A DNA stretch of 64,000 nt, from the NCBI GenBank assembly GCA_973895155.1, contig OZ316894.1:16050699-16114698 (forward strand), read 5' to 3'. Source of the stretch: Marsupella aquatica. Taxonomy: Eukaryota > Plantae > Marchantiophyta. Under the pieces are notes generated by a model. That model made no database searches. It was not told the DNA's origin and was given only the letters and a program-made list of their open reading frames with translations. The stretch's first letter is position 1. Every line of letters starts with the position of its first letter. A program made the position numbers and the translations under genes. Below are positions 30,396-44,600 of the stretch, in pieces.

Positions 30396-31142
30396 TCACA
30401 ATTTCACCTTGTAATTGCAGTGAAAGCTCTGCGTTTGGTTTGCTATAAAGATATCTATGGTGCAATTCGCGCTGCTCCTGACATTGTTGACACTGAAGAT
30501 ATTGAAAATTTTCGCAGTCCCCTGTATTTGTAAAGTGGTCACAACTGGAAGAACTCCAGCTGCCAGATCACTCGCAAGCTGTCCATTGATAATGGAGCCC
30601 GAGATGTGCACGTTCGTCCCTGTCGTCAATCGCGTAGACCTTCTAGCTTTCACCTCCCCTGCCGGCACAGGCGAATCGGCGATCTCAATGCCCTGGTAGT
30701 AAATATATGCAGTCGTGTTTTTGTACTTCAATCCGGCGTAGTTCGGGTTCTTGACGCTTACTGTCGTCAGAAGACCGACGTCTACCGAGATATTTGGGTC
30801 GGTTAAAACGTTCCCTACATTCACATTGAGCCCTTGGAGAGTCACTGAATCCACATGAATCTGCGGGTCTCTCTGCTTGAAAACCGTGAAGATGAGGATG
30901 ATGAGCAACACCACAATGACAACCACGATGGCGAAGCAGACCCCGCAGCAGCAGAGACATTTTCGTTGACGCGACCTCCTCTTCCCATGTCGTAAATTGT
31001 ATGGCTGCTGCTGCTCTCGATGGGGAAGAGGATTCTTCATCGCCATCGCTCCTGCTCCTGCACCCAGAGGAGGCGGGGCGCGAGCAGGAGGAGGCCCGTT
31101 TCCCGCTCGGGCTTCCAAATCGTGATCCATTCCCTCGCCCAT
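30396..31142 (-). CDS. LEA_2 / NDR1-HIN1-like (NHL) membrane protein, single exon, 248 aa
   Basis: Basic and Cys-rich stretch (RRSRQRKCLCCCGVC), one hydrophobic TM helix, FTVFKQRDPQIHV, then VSVKNPNYAGLKY...YYQG...G.V.AR and a C-terminal C..I...C pair typical of LEA_2. Confidence 0.9.
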   Translation of the reverse strand: MGEGMDHDLEARAGNGPPPARAPPPLGAGAGAMAMKNPLPHREQQQPYNLRHGKRRSRQRKCLCCCGVCFAIVVVIVVLLIILIFTVFKQRDPQIHVDSVTLQGLNVNVGNVLTDPNISVDVGLLTTVSVKNPNYAGLKYKNTTAYIYYQGIEIADSPVPAGEVKARRSTRLTTGTNVHISGSIINGQLASDLAAGVLPVVTTLQIQGTAKIFNIFSVNNVRSSANCTIDIFIANQTQSFHCNYKVKL

Positions 31143-31311
31143 TAATTCACAGCCAGCGTTCTACAGTAGACTCTTGTTTGTTTTCGTGAAAATTCCGGGC
31201 AATGAAGGATCGTAAAACGATCTCAAATTACTGCAAGAGCGTCCGCCTCTCCCTGAGCTCTTCCATTCTTCTTCGTCAAAACGTTCACTGCACGCGGAAC
31301 GGAAGCCTCCG

Positions 31312-31514
31312 AGTCACTCACTCATCTTCTTTCCGCGATCAAGAATATAAACAACGCCACGCGGAAAACACGCAAATAAACACCGGATTAAAGCCTAGGC
31401 TTCGTTCCGGAATCACTCACGCATCTTCTTTCTGCGAACAAGAATAATGTAATCAACGCCAAGCGGAGAACACGCACAAGACACCGGACTGAAGGCTACG
31501 CTTCTTTCCGGAAT
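31312..31514. repeat. About 100 bp tandem duplication just upstream of the LEA_2 gene
   Basis: TCACTCAC.CATCTTCTTTC.GCGA.CAAGAATA...CAACGCCA.GCGGA.AACACGCA.A..ACACCGGA.T.AAG.CTA.GCTTC.TTCCGGAAT occurs twice. Confidence 0.85.
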
Positions 31515-32070
31515 GCGTCGGACGAAGTTGCAGAAGCGGCCAGAAGAAGCTCAAATCCCAAAATCACTACACTGCGGCACAATCACAACAATCATGCAAA
31601 TTATTCAGGATGAGCGCCTCTCCGTGTCGCCAAGACCTCCCTCATTCACATCAGCAATTCATTCACTTCACTTCACCTCACTTCACAGAGCACCAAAACC
31701 ACTGACGTCGCGGCAAAAGACTCCCCGGAAATCGTCCATTCGCACCCTTCGACAGTTTCTTTCTTCGATGCCCACTTTGGCACTCATCACCATGGAAAGG
31801 ACGGCTCGACAGGAGGACATCGGTACTACAGAACTTCCAACAGAATGGTGCAGAACATCACAGATCATCACTATTACAGTTGGGAGCAACGAATCATTCC
31901 GTATGCGAGAAGTCCTTTTGGTCCCATCATTCAATTCAATGTCGACGAGAGCAAGCAATTTCGGTACCTGACCATTCATTCCGGAGCAGTCCCGGCGATG
32001 AACTGCGACGAGACCTCAGCGGCGTCGAGAAATCGAGCAAATTGTCGACACGATTGTGCGATCGTAGTGA

Positions 32071-32339
32071 ACTGCGAAGACTCTTTACGCGGTTCGATCA
32101 CAGTCATGGACAATTCCTGTTAGAAGGACAACGTGGACTGCGAAGACTCTTTACGTGGTTCGATCACAGTCATGGAGAATTCCTGTTAGAAGGACAACGT
32201 GTACTGCGAAGACTCTTTACTTGGTTCGATCACAGTCATGGAGAATTCCTTTAGAAGGACAACGTGTACTGCGAAGACTCTTTACGTAGTTCGATCACAG
32301 TCATGGAGAATTCCAGTTAGAAGGACAACGTGTACTGCG
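32071..32339. repeat. Minisatellite, 4 copies of a 65-66 bp unit
   Basis: ACTGCGAAGACTCTTTACGTGGTTCGATCACAGTCATGGAGAATTCCTGTTAGAAGGACAACGTGT is repeated head-to-tail with few substitutions. Confidence 0.95.
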
Positions 32340-32520
32340 CGGGTCTTGCAAAGCACAGTCATGAGAAAAAGCACAATCAGTTCTTAATAATGGTAAGGCA
32401 TTACTGGGGCATTTTAAAGCCAGGCCCGACCTTAAAAAGATGAGTCCCTCTTGTAATACACTCAAGTATTACATGAACTCGCGTAAAAGTTATGGGAGTT
32501 TATCTTAGACTACTATAAAA

Positions 32521-32673
32521 ACAACCCATGGGCTCAAGATTTAACCCATAACTTTCTCGCAATTTTAGGTGGAAATTTGGAATCCAGAAATCCAGGACAA
32601 CCCATGGGCTCAAGATTTAACCCATATCTTTCTCGCAATTTTAGGTGGAAATTTGGAATCCGGAAATCCAGGA
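32521..32673. repeat. 76 bp near-perfect tandem duplication
   Basis: ACAACCCATGGGCTCAAGATTTAACCCATA.CTTTCTCGCAATTTTAGGTGGAAATTTGGAATCC.GAAATCCAGG occurs twice. Confidence 0.9.
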
Positions 32674-33459
32674 CTCATTACTTCCTGCAAAGCTATGCAA
32701 CTCAAGGCATGTAGGCTTTGCGTCTGATGTGGTGATGGCTGCTGCATTTGAGGTGAATGGCAACTGATAGAGAATGAAGAAAAAATGAGATAGTCTTTGA
32801 GACACATTGAGAAAGACAATGAGGCTGTAACTCCTTCCTTATCTAGGATGGGCCAATGTTGCCTCCCCACATTCCTTAGCTAGGTCCCATAACCAGAGTT
32901 CTAGCATGGACCACAAATCCTTAACTTTCAGTAATGACCCAACTTTGAGACTCCCTATTCACACCCCAGCCACACTGTCTTTTTTAAAAGTTATTGTCCT
33001 TGTTTGTGTGTCCTATATTTTGTACACTAGCCGGAATGCTCCGGGCTTTGATCATGAATACTCAAGCTTTGCATATAAATAGATACTTACTATTAAGATG
33101 TTTGTTTCCAGTTCCACCCCCAATCATAATTGTGTCCCCAAGGTCATGGTCCAAAGGCTTCACTTGTACCATGCAACCTTATCTTTACTTTTGATACTTA
33201 GTGCCTTATTAGATAAACTAGCCTGATTACCCCTTTCTTGAATACTAATAGAGATGAGGAGAGAGAAAACCTTTGCCAAAATAGGATTAGATGTTATTTC
33301 TTGTTCATCTTTCCCCATCACTACTTTTTGTTGGCATCCTCACTTTCAGCAATGCCCTCTGTTAGAGTCACGACCTGTTACCACTAGTTTTTGGGACGGA
33401 TGTTTCACTTTAAATTGTGAAGAATGTCCTGAATAATCTTGACTTGAGAAGCAAAAGAA

Positions 33460-33487
33460 TGTTGTTGTTGTTGTTGTTGTTGTTGTT
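33460..33487. repeat. (TGT)n microsatellite
   Basis: About 9 perfect TGT/GTT units. Confidence 0.9.
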
Positions 33488-35631
33488 TTGTTTGCCGAAC
33501 TTCACTCAGGTCACCTTTATGTAACAAATGGAAGCCCAGTGTACATTACATATCAACAACACTAAACTTTGGTCTCACAGAGATTGAAATAAGACCCATT
33601 AAGCCAATTAAGTAACTCTAGGGTTCTTTCATTTAAACCTTCTGAGTGGGCCTTCATTTTGCCATTTCATGTTTGTTTCAAGGACCAATACAACTCCTCT
33701 TCCTGAGCCCTTGTGTGGGACCCATATTTTGTCTTAGCCAAATGCTGGCAACCATGTGCCCAAATGCTAATCTAGTACCTGATTTGTTGCTCTGCCACTT
33801 GGCCCCAAGTGCCCCCAGCACGATTCCACCTCACAGTTTGTGTCGTGCAAGGCTCGGTCATTACTATTGTTTATAATAATAATAATAATAGGTCTAATAT
33901 TTGGCTAGGCCCACACCAATGGGGTAATAGTGGCTATTGGTAGGGGTCAAATAGGCCTATGGGTCATGTTACAAAGTGGGGCCAATCTCAAAGAAAACCA
34001 CATGAGAACAAAGAAACAAGTCAAAAGAAAAAGTGGGAGATTTTGGCATGAATGTCGAAACATGACCCGCACTTCGTACATGGGCACACACCCTGCAAAA
34101 ATGTGATGTTCTAAAAATGGTGGGCTGGGGAGAAACTCCAGACGCCACACCCTGAAAAGCTTTGTATGAGGCAAAACGCCCTATTGAAACAAGGCACGGG
34201 TACATGGTGTGGCTAAGCGTCAGAAGAATACTGGTACTCAAAAAAGTAGAAGGAAATATGTTTCTGGCCGAGAAATTTTTTAATTTCCATATGCCAAAGT
34301 CTGGAAGCAAGTTAAAATAACTTTGCTTGATCAAAGATCCATAACCAAGTTACGTCTACGGTACCTGCACGTATCAGAAGAATCATGATCACGCCACCAT
34401 GCCGTGGGTCTACATTATTGTTTTTTGTTTGCCATCATCCTTGAGCATCATTCTGCGAGTGCTCCTACGACATCGCTGCAGCCCACAGTAAATTGTTCAT
34501 CAAGCAAACGGACATGGTTGCCCGCCTTCTCCAGACTACACTCATCACGAGAAGAAGCGATTTCCTTCATGCGCAAAATAGTGGGACTTGAGGAACGCAT
34601 GACATTGTTTGGTGGAGGTTCGATCGGATGAAGCTTGCCTTTCTGCGTCACACCACTGGGCTCCGGTAACTTTAATCGACTGCTCCATCATTTTCTATTT
34701 TTCGCTCCAGCCATCACACTCCTGAATGACATTGATTTCATGGAAATTGAATGACCTCCCTCCACGGAGGGAGGCTGTCATGACTCGTGATTGAGTCCAC
34801 TTTGTCTAGTCGTAAGCTGACACGAGATATCAGGCTTTGGCCTCACTGCGGGTGAAACATTAGCATCACAATCATAATCATAATCATGCCACCTCACCCA
34901 CCTTCCATATCCACGCAACCTGCCCTGCTCGGCGCCTTCGGTTCTAAAGCTGAGGGAATGAAAGTAATACACGACCAACCCAATCAATGTGGCGACCTGG
35001 TGGGGCTCGAGGCGGGGCTCAGTTCACTACTTCACTTAGCTCGAAACGCTGCCAGCAGACGGAGAGGCAATCAGGAGATTCATGTAGAAAGTAGTACTAT
35101 ACTGTACTCAGTCGACATCCTATCCATGATGTGGAGAGGCCGTTGGGAGTCAGTAACTTGATCGGCACCGGTTTCGTGTCCACCGCCTAACAGCGCTGGT
35201 AACGAGCCCTGACGAGGACAGCTACAATTTGTCTTGTTTCAGATAGACGTGACTTCGAGAACGGGTGAGGGGATTGATGGGCTCCTAAGCTTGTCCCACA
35301 CAGGCCAACGTGTTTATATACATATTGCCAACCTTGACTTGGGCATTTATACTGTTGCACATGATACATTGATATGGCAATTACCTTTGGATAATTCTTA
35401 CAGGATTGCTTGTCGGGGATGAAAACGATCTCTAACGATGAAACCCAACAGAATCGATAGAATTGAGATAACTTAGCGCTAATTTTACAGAACGTTGCTA
35501 GAAGGCTTTCTGCGATATCATGAAGACAGATCTAGATCTGAATGATCTGATTGACCACTGCAGTAGTTCTCGAACCTGCTGCATGCCTGGCGGTGTTTCC
35601 TGAGCTCTTGCGCCTCCTCACATTTTGAAAA

Positions 35632-38600
35632 TCATAGACGGATAATTTCATCGATCTCGGCATCTAACTCTTGGAAAATCTTGCTCTCTTCACTATCATC
35701 GTTACTGTTGGTATCAGGGAGCTCGTTGGAGGATTTTAGATATTTCCGATGGTCGGCAATAGGGCGTTTTCCCTTCACCCTGCAAATCCACACACAGGTT
35801 CATTATCGTCCTGTAATTCGGGAGTAGTGAAAATTCAACGGTATATATACATACTCCAGGGAGCAAATTGTACACACGACTCGACTCTTCATAGAGCATA
35901 TTAATGACTAATGTTGCGGAGATTCTGGCACGATGAGGTACATTCATTTCATTAGTATGGTACTATCCTAGCTTCCTGAAAATTTAGAGCGTCTCTCTGA
36001 TCACGTTGGCTGTTGATCCTTAACTTTCGATGCTAAAACTTGATGCCCTGCATACCTCAGCTGTTCCGTGGCAGCATGCATATCGTCGTCGCTGTCCCAC
36101 TCCCCCAAACCGAATGTGTCTCCATGATGGTCATCATCCTTGATATGCTGGCTACTTTCTTCTGCCCGCTTGAACTTTGCGACTGTGGGAAACAAATATG
36201 TTGGACTGCGAGGTGGACTCTGCTTTTGTCCTCCTTTGAACCTGATGACTTGGCTGTGTGGCGGGGAAAGAACTTTCACAGAGGTGTTGGTGACGTGCTT
36301 TCTGTCTACGCCCCGAATATCCTTGTGACCAGCTGGTGCAGCACCTTTGAGGCGTTGAACGATGGTGGCGATGTGAGTCTCTCGCTTAACTTGCTCGTCA
36401 ATTGCTTTCAAATGTGGACTTACAGGGCTCTTTATGGTGGGGCTTCTTACGGTAGAGCTCCGTGAACTTTGAGGGCTTTTAATTACGGGGCTACTTCTTC
36501 CGCCCAACCGACCACCTTTTCTTTCCCTCGGTGACAGGACAGCACGTTTCTGTATTGCAAAACGAAAAGTGTTGCAGAGTATTTTAGTAGCAGTAGAAAA
36601 CGTCACTTCCACCTCCTTTCTGTTAGCTGGGAATCTCACGGTCATCGACTACTACAACTGTCAACCTCTGCACTTGAGGCAGTGGGTTGGACAGGACACT
36701 CAATATGACACTCTATGAGAATGTAACGGTCCACGGGCAATTAGAGAGCAATCGGGTTCTCCCAATTTATGACTGTACGGTAATGCGCGAACATGGATTA
36801 CATCACCAAAATCAAAAAGCCTTCTACATCTTGGGCACTTCAGAAACGCATTTAATTTCACAAGTTAAAATCTCATGGCTTTGAAATTAATTAATATCAA
36901 GAGGGTAAGCTTAGCACTTATAGCGTATAGGAGCATTTTGGGACTACCTGACTGGTGAAGGGATGTTCTTGAGAGGGAGTTACAAACCATGTTGTCATCG
37001 GTTTCATCTGTTGAGTGCGAGCGTGGAGATGGAGAAAAACTTTGTTGAGAAGATATATCACTTTCTGCTTCGAATTGTCTCTCAATGATCTGGGTGTCAC
37101 GGTCATGGACGGCCCTCTACCATCCACAGCACATGGATTTTCATTGATACAAACCAGTTGAACAACCACAACCATTGCGAAGAATAATATGCCGAATAAA
37201 ATCTTGAAGCAGCGGATGCTTGGTTTCACAAATTCCGCATCTATCGCTTCTCTAGTTCGTAACGTGGTTTCTGTTTGAACGAGCTGCAAACTATTAAGAG
37301 GTAGATCTGACCTGTGTCTGCCAGAGAATGGCACCCCTCTCATATTCGAGGGTCTTTTTGTGATTTAACTGCAGGTTAGAAACTCGAGTCTTATGCTGTT
37401 TTTCCAGGACCGCTTTAGCTGCATCGTATACTGAATCACTAGAAAAATCACAAGTGATCATGAAAACGGTCGTCAATCAGTGACATTGGTCCCTATGCAA
37501 CCAACAACCGCTGCCTTCATCTTTGCTTGTAGTTCTTCATATACATCTGTGTGCAAGGGTTGTCAGCTATTGTAGAAAATGGCTACAGCCAGATGTGGAG
37601 CATCTGCCTAGCAGATTTGAAGTTCATACCAGCATTATCACATAATTGTATTAACAGTTACATCGCATCGGTGATTCCGATCTTGTCACTGCTTGGCTTC
37701 AATGACCTATCGTAATGCAAATACCCCCAAAAACATTTAGCGCTGAAGTAGGGAACAATGTGGATTATGGGCCACCTTATTGCTGCAGTATCTCTCCGAA
37801 ACCCAAACTTCTTCAGTTCCCCACCGAGTTGCTCATCCAAGCGCTACAATTGAGAAGGTAGAGAAACTCGTTAGTCATTGTGCGAGGATCAATATCTTAC
37901 CGAGCTTCCTTAGAAAGTTTTTATTCAGGCTAGAATGCCTAGTAACAAAACAACTAAACCTCCTCTGGGACCGATTCTGCATCGTTTTATAGGTAAACAA
38001 AACCAGACTCCAACACTGGTCAGAGAGGAACAGAGATGATGGAAAGTTTACAACTAAACGAGAGGGACCTACGTGGGCAAGTTCATCACGGGTTGTGGTG
38101 AACACATCCGGGGGATGTGGATACTTCGACAAAACATGAGGCCTGCAAGAGTTTACAGTTCAAGTTCTCAGTTTCTCCAACAAACAGCTCAAAGGGATTC
38201 AATCCGACAAGGCACAGCTGGTCTTCTTAGTTATGATAACCCAAATATCTCAAGGAATGCGGGAAATCGATTCGGTGTCCGTGCAGAGTATGCACAAGAG
38301 TTATGCACGTTGAAAGAAAAAATTATGAAAGTGAAAGACTTTGCCTTTGCGGAATGGGTTTGTAGGGATGTTCCTCTAGCCATTTCTCTTTCTCTGAAGG
38401 GGGGATGGAAGGTTGATCTTCGCCAACATCCATCGTTGCAGCATCAGCAATTTCAGCTCTCCTTCTTGCCTGTACTGTACGCAATATTTGTCAGGAAGCA
38501 GTCAAACCCAATTGTTCGCCATTTTGCAGGAATGAACGAAAGCTTCAGAACCTTTATATCCCAATGAGCTTCCCAAAAATTGTAGTCTCCGAAATATCCA

Positions 38601-41600
38601 GTTGCCCTCTCCTGTTGCCACAGTACTCTACTAGCCGCCCACCATATGTTTTTACTATCTTGACCAGAATGAGTGATGCGTCAGCACCATCCTTAAAAAT
38701 GATATTCCACTCACTCTACATCCTCAAATTCACAAATAATTTAATCATACTAGCATAAAGAAATGAACAACGCACAGAAAGGCGAATGAAATTGAAGACA
38801 CATAAGTTAGGGTCAGCAATTCTCACAGTGGTTTTTACTGCTTAAGCACTGTAAGAGACTGTCGCTTTAGATTGGTGAAGGTTTTATCAGTAAAATTCAC
38901 GTTATAATTATGCTAAGTGCTCGACATCTGATTTGATTCTTGAAATCAATCTCCAAAAAGGGGATGGAATGTACTGATGACTACAGACAGACCTAGGCTA
39001 TCATTTGACAGGATGAAAGTAATTGAAAGGTACAAATTTCAGTATTGTAGTGTTGGATATATTCCCTCATTCAATTATAGCTTTACGAGGCAGTAACCCA
39101 CCGCCTCTTCCATTAGTTCTTCAGCAGATCGTTTATTCTTCGCCTCCCGCCTTGCCTCCAACTTTTCCTTGCTCTCTCTAGGCCGGGCAACCTTTTTGCA
39201 GAGCCACATTCACGTTACATCAAGTGGAAGGCGGTAGAGTGAAATCATGGAACTAACGGAAACAATCTAATGTTGACGACGGAGACCGAGGGACTCCTTG
39301 TCTTATTAAGATTTGCACTTCTTCAAATTCCGCAGGCTCGTCCGCAGGGAGGGAAGTAGAGTAGAATCGCCCAAGTCTGTCTGGTAACGGTAGCGGGTGA
39401 AAATTGGTGAAAATGGTGAGAATTGTGGTGACATTTTGGCATTTTGAGACGAAATGCCACAACATCACATAAGGATTTTACAGTACCCTATTGTATGATC
39501 CTTTCGGATGATGCAATTAGGAGCCTTGAAGGTTGCAATGTCGTATTACGACCCTGGTACTGAAGAGTCCAAAGTCAGTATAAGTGGGACATGGGGCACC
39601 ATTTTCTCTTCCGTTGTCCGTCACTTCAATCTTGACTGAATTCTTCTGAAAGGCAAGACGCAGGAGAGCCGCTCCAGATCTCCATATTGCGTCAGTTGGG
39701 ACGTCCTACAATCGTCTTAGGCAAGTAGTGCTCGCTCGCTCCAGGAGCATGGAATTGTAGTAGGCAGTCGTAATTTTTCTCATGCATTTCCATACGACGA
39801 GTCATGTCTGTAAATGCCAAACTTACCCCCTCATCGGACCTTCGAAAGCTCTCTACTTCTTCCCTCCTGATCTTCGTGGGCCCAACTTTAGTCTCAAATA
39901 TTGCAATTTTGGTCGCCACCTTGCCGCCATCGTCGTTTAGCAGCCTACCATACATAAGATCAACGCATTGATTACGGCTAATATGCAAAAAGCAATAGAA
40001 GTTAACATCCAGAACAATCAATCAATAATAACACATAATATCTCAATGGAACAGTAAGCACCGTCACCTGTTTTCTCCAGCCGCACGAACTAGGTCTTCC
40101 TCAACTTGTGATTTTGCCATGATCAATGTTTTCTCACTTACATCCTGGAACCTGGCCTGCATGAAATATCACAGAAATAAAGATATGTAACACGATTTTA
40201 CGGTAGGAACTTCTAATCCTTTCATTCTCAGTTCGATCTGCACCCAACCCATGGCATGAGAGGCCTACCTTCTGATTACTGTTTCTGAGATCTGAGTGCA
40301 ACAAGCGGCGTCAATGAGGACCCAAAACTCCTGTCCCCGTTAAGAAAGTCTCGTTAAAAATGATATGCTTGGATGAAATCTTCGACGGAGAAGTGAAACA
40401 CAATCGCCATAGCGTAGAGAATTTAGGAAACTAGTAACTGCGATCACACCAGTGCGACTGTGTTTACTTCGTCCGACATCCGCAAACTTGAGAAATGGAT
40501 TCCGGTTGCACTGATTCACATCAAGAGAATTGCAGCCAGCAGAGCCAATGAATTCAAAGCTTGGTCAGATAAGAGCATCATTAGATGTAGGACAACAATG
40601 AGTACTTCATTGACTGAGGCGTACCTCCAGTGGAGGTGTATGGACTCCTGTGTCAAGATCGTGCGTTATCTGCCAGTTACACAAGCAAAATTCGTCAATG
40701 TCCTCAAAGTAGCCTCCACAAAGGGCATTTCTAAGCCATTCTTTCAAACAACTTTGAATTAAATCTGGGCCCTCTTAAATTGATCAGAAGCGTGATTTAT
40801 TGTTCGGCAGATAAGGGACTATATTATTGATTGCCCAGGTGAATAATCACAGAAAGATGAAAAGAATATTAAATGCAGGAAATCCTAAGATAGTTCAAAA
40901 CGTGTCGGACATTATGGAGCTTGGACATGTCGAGCTCTAGTCTTGAGATCAAACTTAGGTCTTGGGTGTCAAGACCCTAAAGCTCAAAATGAAGGTAAGA
41001 TTATCAAATTTCCTTATTTTTGTCCTAGTAGTATAGGAACAACTACCTCAATGATGGGCATCACTATTAAAAACGAGTCTAATTTGTGACTGAAACTCAG
41101 ACTGACATTAGCCGCGTGACTTGCATTTACTTTAACCACTTTGTCTCTACCTCAATGTCCTGATAGTAGTTCAGTTATATTGAAGAAGTATGTCCAATAA
41201 AAGAACGATGCATAGGTAGTACGTCAAGCAAGGCCATGGACTACTGCAAAGCTAGCAATTTGTGATGGACTCTCAGAAAAACTTACTTGTTTGGATACAT
41301 CTAAACTCGTAAACCGACAAGCTATTTTGAAAATATCCAAACGTACCTCCAATTTAGCCGTCACACTTTTGTTGTAAGCGTGTTTCGGTGATTTTGGTGA
41401 TTTTCCTGCTTGTGATTTCGGTGACATAGTTTCAGATGTAGGTGTGTGGCTTCCAGAAGGTGAACTCGGTCTGTACTTTTGAGGTAACATATCCTCGTCC
41501 TGTAACAGCAAGGTATTAGTTTGTACGTAAGTCATCGGTTTCTTTCTCTCCACAATACTTTCGTTCAGACGTTCAGTCCAGCACATCGAATATATGTCTC

Positions 41601-44600
41601 GATATAAGTCAGGAAACCAGTTGCTGATCCGGATACCGTTCAAACTATCGAACAACCAAACTACAACTGCTTTTCATGATAACGCAGTGAAACCCAGCCA
41701 TAATGAGTCTTTGTACACTCCAAACTTAAACAGAACTTTCCTGCTTTGTTGTCAATGACTTTTTCCACTGCCTATATTGCTGTGATACATGGACATCATC
41801 TGGGTCATCGAAATGAGACTCCTGCAGTCATACCATTTTTGTGTTTGTTCAAGACCGAAATATAGTGCACATTGAAATAGCAGAGTTAAACATATAGTAG
41901 ATAAAGTCACGAGGGCTTAAACCTTGTCCATCTTTCACAAAGGCTTCTTTCAAACAAAATCCTCTCTAGTGGCCTGTTTCAAGTGAGCATAGGAATATGT
42001 AATTTTCAGTGCCAAGCTCTCGTACCTCTTGAGATCTATACTTTCTGTGCCTTGTCCGGAATGACGGATCTTGCGCGTGTCTATCAAACTTTTCAGGTGA
42101 GCTAGAAGAAGTTTTAGGGAGATTCTGTTGCCAATTTTGTTTCCTTTTCCTTTCTGGTGCAGAGGATCGCTTGCTGACCATTTGATTATATATCTTTGGC
42201 CTTCCCTCACTCTCAGACTTTTCAGGAGAAGTTGATAGATTGTGATTCCACTTTCTCCTTTCCTTGCCCATTCGCTCAGCTGAAGCAGGCCGACCATTTT
42301 TCCAATTTCCAGGTCTGGCCTGCAAGTCCTGCTATTCAGGAGACCACAGAAAAAAGGTCATAATTTCTACAATGAAACCGTTCTGAACGAATGGAATAAA
42401 TCAAATTAGAACGGTTAAGCTCATACATTGGGTTGGTCCAGAACAAAGGACAAAACGATTTGAAATTCCTTGACGAAACATCTACCAGACGGGTACACCT
42501 GTTCTCAAGTAGTTGTCTTGGATTTTTAGACAAAAATCCAAGACCTTTTCAGCCATTGAGGAGGACAAAACCCTCAAATGACCCAGAAAATTTTCAAAAA
42601 GAAACTTGCCACAACGCAAATGCTCAATGCCAGCCCATAACATGTGTTTTAAACAGGCTGACTGCAATAAAGCCCAACATGTTGGCAGGAACAAAATGGC
42701 CGAGGGATACTTCTGAGTGAGCAGATGTCAAGTCCTTCATCAGGTTAGAGTTTTCCTGCACGGAATGCATGATAGTTAGCACCTTCGTGTATCTCTTATG
42801 CACAGATTGCTCACTTACTGCTACACGATTGCCCAGAGAAAACTGAAAAATGATCATATGCTAAGGCCATCCTGTTACCTGGTTGAGACGTTTCACTTCA
42901 TCCTCCAAGCTTCGCAGTTTGTGATCCATGTCCTTCAGCCTCTGTAAAGTAGAAGCCATTCTTCCAAGCTTTATGGAGGTCACGTTTGTCAATTTGTCTC
43001 AAAGAAAATAATTCCTACAGCAGGACCTCTTTTGCATATAGCACAAGCCACATCTTAGCAACATTTCCCAAATGTAAGACATGCAAGACGGAGACACAAA
43101 AGCTAGTTTTCAAGAGAAAATATCTGAATGGATGGTCTAACAGCAGAAACGCCTTTACCTGTTGCATTTTATGATCTTTCATTTCATTTTCTGGTGAAGA
43201 CGTGTTCTTTCTAGCAGTCTAGGCCCAAGTCCCCGTCAGCACAACAAAGTGGAATGAGACGTATTAGAAACACAAAATAGTAGTAATTCTAGGGACCACC
43301 TCGATCACGAGACAAGTGAGTAGCTTTCAGTATCTGAAGCATGTGGAAAGAAAGTTATACCCACAGGTTCACAAGATCAACGTGTCATCTAATTTCGTCC
43401 ATGCCGTGTATTCTCAGATGTTGGTTTTCTTTATTGCGCGTATTTATCACCTTTTGTTCGCCATTAATAGTTTGATTATAACTGGCGGTTGTTTATCACC
43501 GAAGTCTGGAGGTTTGCTGGGATATTTCTAAAATGTATTTTAAACTATGTATTCCAAATGGTCATAAGGTTCGAAAATAGTTTTTTAGGTTTGGTTTTCT
43601 CCCGTTACTTGTATTAATTGGAAAAGAAAACTACGTTGGTCTGGAGAAGTGAGAACCTGCGATTGAAGCCGGCTTTGGACCTCCAGCAATTTGGCATTGC
43701 TTTCTCTTAGATTGGCCTCAAGCGAAGCAACCTGCAATTGGAAGCATAGCAAGATTAACGTTGTAAATTATCATACCACATCAGTGAATACGTCTGGATA
43801 CTCTGTGCAATCGTGCATTTGGGTTTGAGTTTTAACACGAATCAATCAATCCAAGTTTGAAGAAAGTAGTGAATAACACCTGGACTTGGCCAAACGCTTG
43901 AGCTCTTTGCAACTCCGCCTGCAGCAAGATGGAGGTCTTTTGTATTAGAGATTCCCTGTTCTGTCCATGATGGTAATAGACTTGACATTCAACCTCTCTT
44001 ACCAGAGACTAGAACGTCACAACCAAAATTCCACCTAATTGAAGTACCAAAGGTAAATGAAGAAACGTAGTCTCCACAAGGCGATTGTAGTGCCTTACTC
44101 ACTGCTCCTCCTGGAATCCCCTTGGTTAGGAATGATCATCTGTGGCATCGCTTGAGATTCCCATCTTACATGAGTACTTGATTATATTGATTCTGCGTGT
44201 GATAGAGCGACAACGGATCCTGTTCTCCTAAGTACTGTGATATAATGCCCAGGAAGTTGGAGAAACTCAAGCCTCGCTTCTATGTGCTATGTATTTTCTC
44301 TTCATTTAGTTTTACTCTTCTTGACACACAAATGAGGTAAAACAACTCGACAGAGATTATGCAACAGTGATAGTTTTTTTTGTACATCCTCGTATCCAAG
44401 ACTAGGAGTACTGAGGAACAGCAAAGAAGATGAAGTCTCTATGTCATAATTTGGTATCTGCCACACTCTCTGCAGGCCGAACAGAAAGATGGTGCCAGAA
44501 AACAGAGATGCTAACACGAAGATCTCAATAGGAACAAATTAAGTACCTGGGACATGGCTTGCGAAAGTTTAATTTCAGCTTGAAGAGCTGCTGTTGTCTC

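Noticed and set aside
32071-32339. CRISPR-like array or repeat-protein ORF (31880-32254)
   Set aside because: It is a head-to-tail minisatellite without spacers. The ORF is a by-product of the 66-bp period and is broken by a 1-bp deletion.
34404-35422. Further 3' exons of DZIP1 or a separate small gene
   Set aside because: The in-phase splice into 35780 reaches a stop at 35632, and the downstream short ORFs show no recognisable homology.
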